Source: Nemertoderma westbladi (Eukaryota; Animalia; Xenacoelomorpha). From it: 64,000 nt of DNA. Every line of letters begins with the position of its first letter. Within the stretch, counting starts at the first letter, position 1. Of the stretch, positions 50,161 through 62,035 are shown in pieces. The notes beneath the pieces were generated by a model. The model saw only the letters and a program-made list of their open reading frames with translations. It was not told the origin of the DNA and ran no database searches. Position numbers and translations under genes: made by a program. The stretch lies in assembly GCA_032718475.1 (NCBI GenBank), contig JAUCBJ010009084.1, positions 4,645 to 68,644 of the forward strand. The letters run 5' to 3'.

Positions 50161-53100
50161 ACGCTCCTCACACAGAACCAATTGAAAGGGTTTAGCGTGA
50201 TTCCTATAAAGATTACCGGAACCCGAGGGAGCAAGCGTATATACGCTATCTTAGACTCTGCGTCATCACACAGTTATGTCGACGAACAAGTAGCCGACGT
50301 GGTTACGGACATGAGTCAAGATAAGACTGCTCAGTATACTGTAAGCAGCATGCATGGTAAGAGAGCGATCCCTGTGATGAGAGTGAAACTAACCTTAGAC
50401 ACTCTTCTTTCCAAAGCGGAACACAGCAAGGAGGAGCGCTCATTACTTTCGGTAAGAAATTTGACCTTTGCAGCTACGAAGGACTTTAGTAACTTGCTCG
50501 GCCCTGTGCCAGAGCAATCACCGGAAGATCGTAAGTATTTCTGACACCTTGGAATACCGGAATGTCCTGTTAATTATCGTTCCATTGCGATGTTAATTGG
50601 GACAGACCAGTTTAACTTACATCAGGTATGGGAGACACACCTATCTGTTATTACAGCGGGCAACCCCTACGCATGTAGAACTCCCATAGGTTGGTATACT
50701 AGAGCACCAATACGTTCACTAGAGGTAAGTGACCAGGAGGACGATGTTTTGAGTACGTGTAGTTTATTGACTACTACGATAGATAACTCTCCTTCACACT
50801 CCCGTGGTCCAATTGTACGGACGGCACTATGACAGACTTGCGTCGATAACGCAGATGCCACCGATACTGACGTAACTGATCTGGACACGACCACACGGAC
50901 CTCTGACTTACAACTACTTGCAGTAAACCAGGTTGTATTGACTACCGAAGACCAAAGGGTTGTTGCTGTGGATGACTCGATGAACGAGGATTTTGGAAGG
51001 CTTGCGAGCCTACCGAAAAATCCAAAGGTCATTGACCCCACCCACCAGGCTTCGACACCGGTCGTTGATCTAGGAAGGCTTGCGAGCCTACCGATAGATC
51101 AAGAAGTTGTCGAACCGCCACACGACGATTCGACGCCGACTAGTGACACCAGAGGGCTTGCGAGCCTACCAGACGCATTGACACTAGCCACCGCAGCGGA
51201 CGAAGACGTGGACGCGGACCATGCCGCAGTGCAAGCAGCGCTTGACCGACTGCTGACTGAACGGACCATTAAATGGTTGGAACAGGATTCAGCAGAACCC
51301 AGTAGTTACGAGACCGCTATGTCAGAACAGGAAAAATGGTCATTAAATATTAAGAGAGATACCATGAGAGAGTCCTAATGCGTTTTAGACAAAGCAAAGT
51401 GGCTTTCACCTGTGACGTAGAGGCCATGTTTCACCAGGTTAAGGCTTTGGAGCGGGACAGTGACAGCTTGAGGTTTCTTTGGTATCCGGATGGAAATTTA
51501 GAACTTCCGCCAGAAACTTACCAAATGCAGGTAAGAGTCTTCGGAGCCAGGGACAGCCCCAACTGCACCATGTACGCCTTAAAGCAGACCGCATTGGACA
51601 GACGAGACCAATTTGACCCAGAAGTAGTTCGGACAGTGGAACGAGATTTCTACGTGGATGATGGCCTCAAGAGTTGTGACACTTTGGAGCGCGCTACAAC
51701 CGTAGCACACCAACTCCAGGATTGTCTCGCTGAGGGCGGATTCCGCCTGACGAAGCTTCCAACGAACCCGAGCTGGTGAACTCATTTGACCCGACGGATC
51801 GCAGTGGAGGTGACTTAGACTTAGACCTAGAGCCTCTACCGACGACCAAAGTATTCGGACTTAGTTGGGACCCTAACACCGACAATTTTAGGGTACGTGT
51901 AAGGTCCAACGACCAGACTAGACCTCTCACTAAGAGGCCTTGCTTATCGACCATGAGTCGATTGTATGACGCATTGTGTTTCATTAGTCCAGTGATCCTA
52001 CATGCTAGGATCATACTCCGCAGCATTTGGCAAGCCGGACTGGAATGGGACGATCCCATCCCAGAAAAGTTAGCTGAGCAATGGAGGGACTGGGAAGCCA
52101 AACTGACGTTCCTACAAGACTATACCATACCAAGGGTATACTTTCCTTTGCAGACCACCTTTCCAGCCGATTTAGAGCTTCACAGCTTTAGTGACTCTAG
52201 CAAGGATGGATTGGGGGTTACCTTATACGTTAGACGACAAGTGACATCGGACAGCTACGATGTGTCTCTCGTTACTTCTAATGCCATTGAAGTATATGAC
52301 TGTACCTCGTGGAGAGCTGCAAGCCGGGACGATATCCACCGATATTGTCAGTCTAGTTCAACGCGAGCTGGAGGCTAACTTGAAGGTCACATATTGGACG
52401 ATGCGACATTGGTACTTTGGTACATAAACAACGAAGCGTTTGAGTTCAACACTTTCGTAGCCAACAGGCGGGCTGAAATATTAGACCGGTCGCTCAAACA
52501 AGATTGGCGTCACTGTCCAGGGAAGCTGAACCCAGCTGACATCGCGTCACGGGGGATGCAACCGCTTGACTTTTGTAAACCGGACAATAAATCCTTTTGG
52601 TTTAGAGGACCCGATTTCCTACAGCGACCATCAGATGAATGGCCACCGTTATTCGAACGCGACAACCAACACCATACCAGAGGGTGCCGAGATATCGAAT
52701 CGACAAGGTTGTCAAATCTAAAGCGAAAGCCAACGCCAAGGTCAAGAGGAAACAAGGACGGACGAAATCTGATGACCTGGACGCCAGACCTGACATTACG
52801 CCTGACGTCTCACCAGACACTCGACCAGATGCTTGTACGAATCCTTCGCCGGATGTTCCGCGGGAGATTTCACCAGACGTTTCGCCGGATTGTTCACCAG
52901 ATTACTCACCAGACTATTCACCAGAAGCGATACCAGATTGTTCTCCGGATTGCTCGCCAGATTGTTTTATGGAACTCTCGACAGAATGTCTACCAGACAT
53001 CTCACCAGACTTTCCACCAGACATCTCGACAGACTGTCCACCAGACTTTGGACCAGACTTTCTGACAGAAGTTACGCCAGACAGACTTTGGGACCGACAA

Positions 53101-55059
53101 CCGGACATTTCGCTGGATGTTCCCCGCTATGTCTCACCAGACGTCTCACCAGACTGTTCACCGGACGCTTCACCAGACTCTCTACTAGACACTCCACTAG
53201 AAGACCCATTGGAGCGGACTTATAGAGACTTACCAAATTTGACTTCTTTGGACGACAAAGGTGTGGCCACAGCGATCACACTCCGGTCAAAGAAGGTACT
53301 TGACTTACCGCCAGCAGGTAAACGTGTGACTAAAGTTAGGAAGCTTACAGGCTCACAGGAACACACTGACACTGTAGAGTTGAAACCGTTACTGCCAGTC
53401 GACACATTAGGTGCGGACGGTAAAGGTAAGACCGTAGAGATTGACGTACTTGGGGACTCAGACAAACCTACCGGAAGGCCCGTGGGCCTACCAAGTCCAG
53501 ACAAGGATCCACAATACGACTATACTTTACCTGATGACGTCACTATCACTTACGTTGACCGGATAGTAAACCTAACTAGATCATGGACTGACGCGTGCCG
53601 CAAGTTAGCATGGCTCAAACGTTTGAGACAATATGCCAGAGGCAAACGCGACTTTCCTAGAAGACTTACCTTAAAGGAAGTTGGTCATTGTGAAGTTGAT
53701 ATCATTCGCCATTATCAATTGCGATATTTCGCACGAGAGTTCACAGCGATCAACCAAGGTAAACAGATTAAGTCTTCACCGATTTTGAGTTGGAGTCCTA
53801 TTATTTACCGGGGTTTACTTTGCCACAAGACCAGACTCCAAAACATCGACTTTGCACTTGACTTTAGGTATCCTATCATCATACCGCAACACCATGAATT
53901 ACAGTGCGCTATGATACTGGACGCACATGTACAACTCAAACACGTGGGTAGACACCACTGTCTATCACACTTACGTTTGAGGTTTGTACTGATTAGACCT
54001 AGTAAGGCACTGAGTTCGGTAATGCGGAACTGTATGATTTGTAAGAAGGTGCACGCAAGGATAGGACACCAAGAAATGAGTGAACTACCACTAGCGAGAT
54101 TACAGGCATTTAGACCCCCTTTCACTGAGACAGGGATAGACTGTTTTGGACCCATAATCGCGAAACGCGGAAGGGTACAGGTAAAACGTTGGGGATTGAT
54201 CTTCACTTGCATGGCCAGCAGAGCTGTCCATATAGAGCGTGTGACAGATTTGACCACCAATGCCTTTATCCTAGCCTTACGGCGATTTATCGCTAGACGT
54301 GAATTGGTCAAATCCATTTACTGCGACCAAGGGACAAACTTTGTGGGTGCACGGAACGAAATAACCAGAGCTTTGAGAAAGTTGGACCAAAACCAGATTT
54401 CCGAGGAACTACGTCCTCACTGAATTGTTTGGAATTTTAATACTCCAGACAGTCCGTGGAGAGGCGGCGTTTGGGAAAGGCTGATTGGTTCAATTAAGCC
54501 AGCTATGGCTAAAGTAGTACCGACGCAACACATATTGACAGACGACCAACTGACAACGTTGTTAATAGAAATCGAAGCGATTTTGAACACTAGACCGATC
54601 GCTTTGATCCCAGACAATAACGACACACAGTTTGCCTTGACACCAGCGCACCTGCTTATGCAGGCGCCGACGACATTGTTGCCCATTTCGGTACCCGTTG
54701 ATAGCGACGGATATGGCAACAAAGCTTGGAAAATCACTCAATTGCTTGCAAATAAATTATGGGAAATATGGCAGAAATATTATTTGCCCTCTATTTCAAC
54801 CAGAACCTCTTCGTATCTAAACAAACGATGTTTGAGACGTGGTGACCACGTTTTATTGGCTGAAGCCAATCTGAAAAGACGGTTTTGGCTGACTGGAGTC
54901 ATTTTGACCACGCACCCTACATCTGGTGTAATAAGGACAGTTACTGTAAGGACTATCGACGGACGTACAGTAGACAGACCTGTACAACGTCTCGTACTCC
55001 TTGAGGAGACTAGAAACGAGACAGGAGACTACAAATCTCCACCCAATATTAGTAAATAG
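50161..55059 (+). pseudogene. pol of element D: protease, RT, RNase H-like, integrase, DUF5641-like C-terminus
   Basis: Motifs ILDSAS; CDVEAMFHQ and FYVDDGL; LHSFSDSS; FVANR and NPADIASRG; HHCC zinc finger, GIDCFGP, CDQGTNFVG, WERLI; W..G.I..T. Compared with A, the start of RT is deleted near 51372. Confidence 0.92.
52790..53180 (+). repeat. In-frame 12-bp minisatellite encoding (xSPD)n between RNase H and integrase
   Basis: Repeated TCACCAGAC-type units give the peptide SPDVSPDCSPDYSPDYSPE. Confidence 0.8.
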
Positions 55060-58000
55060 AGATGTGGGACCTTTGTTGGCCGCCACATAGACTTACCGTA
55101 TTTTAGTAATTTAGTATTTTGTATTACTGTATGTGCATTTGTAATCCTCTTCACTGTAGATAGAGACAGTATCACATATGTATCACATATGTATCACATA
55201 GGAGCGGGATCGTGTGTACAGAAGGAATGGAATTCCACTTGGAACCCACAAGTGAGACAATTTTTCAAAAATTATTAGACAAATCCATTTAGTTGGATTT
55301 AAATTTAAGAAAAATGATTCTCCAGTGAATGCGAATTCTAGAATACAACTAGATAAAAATTAAAATTGGGGAGGACAAGAGCGGATGGAAGGCTTGCGAG
55401 CCTACCGATAAATTTTTTTTGGAAAAGAAAACCGGCCTTGTTCTACGTAGTCGTGTCTACTATTATTTAGACCGAATTAATTCTCGACTGCATTATTTCT
55501 TTGGGAATGTAGTTTGGGAAATTAAAAGGTGAGTATTTTAGACTCGCGGCTAGTTTACCCGAAATTCGTTTTTTATCGGCACAATTTTGGATTAGGAGCC
55601 AGTGCGAAATCACGCGAACCCGAAGTCATTAGGCAAATGGGTAAGGGTTTTAGAGCAAAGTTGAGCCGAAAGCCGACAAAACTCTAAGTCTCCTCACATC
55701 TAACCTCTGTTTGTGCTTCCTCTAGTAGACACACTACATATACAGGGATTCACGCAGGAACAGGAGCACCAGGCACCGTTTAATCGCTATGGAGCCAAAA
55801 CTTTAACGTGTTTGAAGTGGAGAGTATGGCTAGGAGTACAGCCAAGCTCACTAAGTCCAAGGCGGATCCAAACATCACGCGACAGCGATTGGACGCTTAT
55901 AACAAAAGAGAGGAGGAGTTACGCGCGGAGTTCAAAGCATTGTACCCCTACGATGCGTTATGCGACGCCAGCGACGTTTGCGAGAACCCCGAGCTGATAT
56001 TAGCGCGTTGCCCAAACCACCAAAGTCTGCATTACCAAGAAGGCGGTCGTTTCATTTCCCGGTATTCTAGAACCGCAGGCAACTCGACGTAGGAACCACC
56101 GACAGCTCAACACCGAAGTCCGAGTCCAGTTCGATCCCGACCACCACCCAATCGTATTAGAGGATGTGGACGAGCCCGTTCAACCAAGGATTAGGAGAGC
56201 GAGATGAAGGAAGGAAGGCTTGCGAGCCTACCGATTGGATATTATATTTGGATATTATATTTGGTATTGTATTGGACGTTACGTTTGGATGTTGGTTTTG
56301 GAGGAGCGAGATAGAGAAGGAAGGCCTGCGAGCCTACCGTTAGCAATTAGTGCTCAGGAGAAGACATCCAGACCAGCAGGACGAACTTTTCAGATCGTCA
56401 GGAGGACACTTTAAGACTTATTTGAAAGATTTTAGCGCCTTATGTTTATTTTATTTTTGAACTGATTTAATTTGGTGGAAGTTTATTATGTATATTTACA
56501 ATATAAAGATTTATTGAAAGAGTTGAAATTATTTGTTCAATTTGTTTTGATTTAATTTGTTCTGATTTGTTTAAATGGAATATCTTATTGCTCCAATGTG
56601 AGGCCATGGAATACTCTAGAAGATTCTAGTAGATTCTATGTCCCAGATTTAGTATATAAAGGGCTGGTTTGCATTCGGTTATCACTTCTCTTCACTACTA
56701 CTCCTTGTAAAACATTCTCACACTTAATTCATTTGTTAACTTTAGTTTCTTGTTGAAACTTTGCAATTCTGTTTTGATAAAGTCGTAAACTGTAAATATA
56801 ATACAAACTTCTGAACATGTTTTTCTGTATTTGTCCAACCTTGGGACAGTAAAGCATCAGGAAAATGGCCGCCTAGACCGTTAGGCCATCAGCAACGCAG
56901 GGAAAGGATGTCCACAACACGCTAGCACCCACATTAGCTTAGACCGCGCACCCCCTTCGCCCTTCGGAATACTCCACTTGCCATGCAGCGCCCGCTTTAT
57001 GAGGAAGGTAAGACTTTGTTTGACGCCCTTGCCCGACGTAAGACCTAATAGATCAGGGTAAGCGTGACACCGTCCTGGGACGCCGCAAATTTAGGATCAA
57101 ATAACTATATTTTAGGCAGAAACCCCCCCCCCCCCCCCTTCAGTAGTACGAATCCCTGGGTTACCTGTATACCTCACAGGTGCGAATTATTGCCGTTCGT
57201 CAGTACGCGAGTACACATTAGGTACGGACAGCATATGTTCCATAATTTAGTGATTCGCAGTACTGACTGTTTGGTACCGGTTCGCTTTGTAGAATATACA
57301 TTAGTACCCCCCCCCCCCCCCCCCACCTGCCTGAAGTTGGTTATTTGATCAGGCAAGGAGCATTTCTGCTACCGGCACACCGCTTGGCCTAGGGAGGTTT
57401 TTATTAATATCCTACCACGCCTTGCCACATACTGATAGGTATTGCTGCTAACTACCGCGGCAACAAAGTTCTAGAATTAAATTTGTATACCAGATCAGCT
57501 AACGTATGGTAGCAATTAATCCCTATTTCTTATCTTACAACCAGAATCTGGTATTTGTGCCGATCACGGGTGTAGTTACTAACACCGTGGTTGCCCAGTT
57601 GAGTTGTGGATAGGAAGGAGAGAGCTTTGACGTTATTTGTAAGTATAAAGCTCTACAAAACGCGACTAGCTTATTTTAGTAGCTAGCGCACGGTATTATT
57701 TCGGTCAGAGAATTACTAAAACCTAGTAAATGATATACACCAAAATTGTTTTATTGTAACACACCCACACACACACGCCCTAAAACATATTTACCCTTAG
57801 AGTTTCTACTAGTTATAGCGCACTTTAGATTACTTTTAGGTATAAATTATCTGAATTTGTAAATTAGGATCAGATATTTAGTTACGGCAAGAAGGAGTAT
57901 TTCATTTCGTTATTAAACTGTTGTTTTCTGCGCAGCAGTATTGTTACATTTAGGCACGACCTTTTAGACTGATTTCGTACAGGGGGATCAGTTATCGTTA

Positions 58001-58527
58001 CATTAAGGCACGACCTTTTTTAGGCTGATTCAGACAGGGAGATCAGTATTGTTACGCTAGGGCTGTAACCCACCTAGCTCGTATATAAACCATATAAATC
58101 ACACCGCGGCAAGTTACTGTATTTAGGACTGTCAGCGATAGTTAGGATTCGCTGCGCGGGGCTTGTTTTCCCGTGAGTTTGGTCTGTTACTGTAACTGTA
58201 CATCTGCCATACCGGTTAGAGGACAGGTATCCTTTTGTCTAGTTCGTAGGCATTAGACCCGCCCACGTACATAGAATAGACACCAGGCTCTGCTCCTCGC
58301 CAGTAGTAGTTTGTGTATTGTATCTGTTTGCTTAGATATCCTGGACTGGGATTTGTTGTCAGATACTGTACGAGCCCGTTTCATTACTAGAGACTTACAG
58401 TAAGATATATCATTACTAGGATCTGGTAAGCGGTATACTACTGGACTTTACGGATAGAGATATTATATAGCTTCGTATTAGTAGATTGTAGGCTGTAGGG
58501 TAGTCCCTATCGTAGAGGACACAACAG

Positions 58528-59086
58528 TCATATTTATAACTTCTATCCCACTCCATGAGATAGAGAATCTTAAATGAACGTCAAAAGAACAGGTAACACT
58601 TACATTTATAGAAGTAATCAGCTGTTATTAGCTATGTCTTTCCGCTGGAGATGGATGAATTTTGATTGCGTTGGAACACCCCCTATCTGTGGCTGTCTGA
58701 GTGGAGAGATAGGTAGCCTATCTCCCTGTTAATATTGCTGTGTTCTAGAATATTTTTTATAGTTTCATCGTATTGCCAAAGTTACTAGAGCTGAAGTTAA
58801 CTCATAATACAATAATTCACCTCAAATATCTCAGCTATTTCATGAACATAATGAAGTATTAAAGCCATGTCAAAATCCTTGGTATTTTTCTGTAATAATT
58901 TATCAAAATATCCTGTGATTCTTTACTATAACCATATCGATTTTAATATTTATAACTTCTATAACTTCTATAACGAGATAGATAATCTTAAATGAAAATC
59001 AAAAGAACAGGTAACACTTATATTTATAGATGTAATCAGTTGTTATTTGCTACGTTTTTCCGCTGGAAATGGATTAATTTTGATTG
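58528..59086 (-). repeat. Diverged inverted copy (~1.3 monomers) of the 415-bp satellite
   Basis: The reverse complement of monomer motifs is present, e.g. AGAACAGGTAACACTTACATTTATAGAAGTAATCAGCTG. Confidence 0.9.
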
Positions 59087-59103
59087 TTTTGATTGAATTT
59101 TGA

Positions 59104-61159
59104 CTTCGTCGTCCATCCAGTCGCACTGGCGTCCGTAATGTCCCCGAAAGTTACACTTCGAACATCGGTTATGCAACCGTGGACATGCCCCCATCCTGTG
59201 GCTCGACTCGCGGCAATAGAGACAACTAGTCCCTTTCTGGAACCGGTACAAACACCTGCTTTCCTGATGGGTCTGTCTCCCACAGTAGTCACAGCCGAGC
59301 ACCAATGTCTCCCGCCCCACGTCGTCTTTCGTCCCAAGCGATCTCCGCGGTCTGTGGAGTCGCTGGTAAGCGAATTTCCGGACATTAGCGTCCCTACTAG
59401 CGTTCCTACTACGTCGATCTCCTTGCCCCTCTCGGGCATCGTCTCCCCGAATACTACCCGGGGTGCCGTCCCCGGTTGCTCGCCCAACCTGATGGTGCTC
59501 CCCGCGAAATCCATTACCGGGTCCTCGTGCACCCAGGCCCGCTTGCCGGGTCTATCCCAGAAGGCCCTCGCCCCACTGGCCGTTACCACCCTCCCGCCAA
59601 CCCAGTCTGTGTCCGAGCGGCCGATCCTCTCGATGGGCGGCATCTCTCCGAACTCGTCGTCGTCCTCGTCCTCCTTTGGGAGTGGCTCCAGTCCCGGTAT
59701 CCCGGTGGACCCATTATGTCCCTTCCCGCCTTGGCTCTCGCCCATAGCTCTCCATCCCTCTAGCTCCCCTAGCTTCCTTAGTGGCTGGTCGCCCTCGGCG
59801 CCTGCTGGTATGGGCATTGCTTGCAATCCCGACGTCGACTGTTTCGGTGACCCCACCGTCCATCCCAGTTCTCGCCCTAGAGACTCCCCCGAACTCCCTG
59901 ATGAAGTCCAATGAAGTTCGTCTAAGCCCGCCTGTTCCTCGAAGCCGTAGCTCTGTGCCCTAGCTTCCTCCTCCCTTTCATCTGCTTCTCTCCTCTCCCG
60001 TCTAGCGACTTCTTCCAGTCGCTTCGCCTCTCGTCTATCCGCCTCTAGCTGCTCCCATCTCTGACACGGCGTATCCACCTCCCTGTCTACCAGATGTTGG
60101 CTGTTATAGTACACCAACTCGCCCTTCAGCCCCGGGTTGTCTACCAGACCCTCGAAAGCCGTCTTAAAGGCTCTTCTGTAGCTTAGGGGTGATCCCGATA
60201 ATAGGAATGCCGTTGGTTCCCTCTCGATAACCACGGTCATGAATAGGTTAAGCAAACCTATCATTATCCAGTCCTCCTGTAGGATATATCGCTTCTGATA
60301 TACCTTTATAGCTCCTCTCCGGAATTGATACACCTCTTGTCTCCCCGGCCTCGCTCCCCACTTCAGCGAGTTCGCCATGTCTGCTCCGTACTCCTCTCTG
60401 AACTTGCCCCAGTCCATCGGTTTGTGACACACAAGCCCCATTAACTGGCCCATCGCCACCGCCCCGCAATGTCCTGTGTTCTCTACTAGTCCCAATCCGT
60501 CCGGCGCTGTCATAGCCATGTAGACCGTCTGCATGTCCAGAAGGTTGGGGGTGTCCGGACCGATGATTCTCTCCGCGTCGTCGCGAATCGCCGATCCCAC
60601 TTTTGTCATCGACTTCTCTCTCACTAGTGCTTGCACCGCCTTCGGCAACCGGTTTAACTTCGGCCCGTCCTTCTTTCCATACGTTCCTAGATCGAATAGG
60701 AATATATCCCCATTTGGCGCGGCCAAATGTAGGAGTATGGTTCTGGCTGACGCCGCCGATCCTCTCCTCGAACCCTCCTCGTCTTCCACGGTCCCCTCAT
60801 CGTCCAGGACCATATACCCTTCTCTGCTGACGGACTCTACGAACCTCTTCCAATCCTTCCTCGGTGGAATCCTTGTGTACTTCGGAATCCCGAACTTTGC
60901 TTCGTCTCCTTTTATCACATAGTGGAAATGCTCGAAGATCGCGTTGTCCAGCGACGGCATCCCGCTGTTCGTGCACCTCCCTGAAATGGTCCTGTAGCGC
61001 CCGCGCTGCGTGACCCCTCTCCAACCGTTCGTAGTATCGCCTCGTTCTCTCTTCCGGATGCCTCTTGGTGAAATTCACCAGTATCTCCTTTCCTCCTAGC
61101 TCCGCCTTTCTCTTTTGCACTAGTTTGCTTGCCATCTCGAACTTTGCCCGATCGCTCAC
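59104..61159 (-). pseudogene. Accessory ORF: DEDDy exonuclease, coiled coil, low-complexity linker and three CCHC zinc knuckles (two frameshifts)
   Basis: ORFs 60797-61159, 59074-60960 and 59036-59320. A 17-bp deletion relative to B occurs at ~60963. Knuckles CDYCGRQTHQESRC, CLYCRESSHRMGAC and CSKCNFRGHYGRQC are present. Confidence 0.72.
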
Positions 61160-61609
61160 CCGTTGGGTGGTGCCTTACCAAGGCGCAATAGGGTGAGTGA
61201 TAGGTTAAGGTGGTTTATTTCAGTTCGATGGCCTATCTCCCTCTGGATTACTAAGTTAATTAGCCTATTTGCACTGCTTGATTTTGTACCTAAATTGTAA
61301 ATTTTGTCAGTTACTTTTATTATGTTCCAGAATTTTCTTGCTACTGTTACCATAATTTGTCAATTTCTTAGCCCTATTCTATTTTAATATTTTAATTTAA
61401 TTCAATCCTACTATCGTGCTATTACTTACTATTGCCTATGGATTATTCTATTTCATAATCCACATTCTGGCCTACTCTGTGGGCTTGTGCAGTACAACAG
61501 TATGCGTCGCGTGGCCTACACGATTTATCCAGCTGTACTCATATGCCCCCCTCTCACAACTAACTACTAACTAATGCCTATTATATATATACTAATCTAC
61601 CTCTTACTC

Positions 61610-61895
61610 TTACTAACCGGTACTACGTACCCTCTTAATAACTTCTAACTCCACTAACTAACTAACCGGTACTACGTACCCTCTTACTAACCTCTAACTC
61701 CACTAACTAACTAACGGTACTACGTACCCTCTTACTAACTAACTTCTGCCTACTGACGGTACTACATACCCTCTTACTAACTAACTTCTGCCTAGTGATG
61801 GTACTACGTACCCTCTTACTAACTAACTTCTGCCTACTGATGGTACTACGTACCCTCTTACTAACTAACTTCTGCCTACTACTGCGTACCTATTA
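61610..61895. repeat. Tandem spacer repeat with GGTACTACGTACC core
   Basis: About 41-bp units; homologous to 18620-19440. Confidence 0.9.
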
Positions 61896-62035
61896 TGTAC
61901 TATTCTAAGACTTTCTCTTCTTATTTTTTTTATTTTATTTTATTTTTAATTGTGTGGGAAGGGCGTCTCGCCCTCAATCCCACCCCCCTCAGTCCAAAAC
62001 TTGGACGACTAAACTCCACTAAAATCCACATTAAT

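Larger units (their letters stand above)
46200..58525 (+). mobile_element. BEL/Pao LTR retrotransposon copy D (degenerate) with long 3' non-coding/LTR-like region
   Basis: Order gag-PR-RT-RH-IN on the plus strand. The 3' region has a TATA-like motif (TATATAAA, ~56653). Element boundaries are uncertain. Confidence 0.88.

Noticed and set aside
56639-56848. TGTCCCA...TGGGACA 210-bp unit as a discrete short LTR
   Set aside because: There is no TSD, no second copy in the window and no adjacent PPT, so the LTR limits of D cannot be fixed from this.
59074-60960. env gene interpretation of the third ORF
   Set aside because: I see no signal peptide, furin site or transmembrane anchor. The motifs instead match a nuclease plus zinc knuckles.
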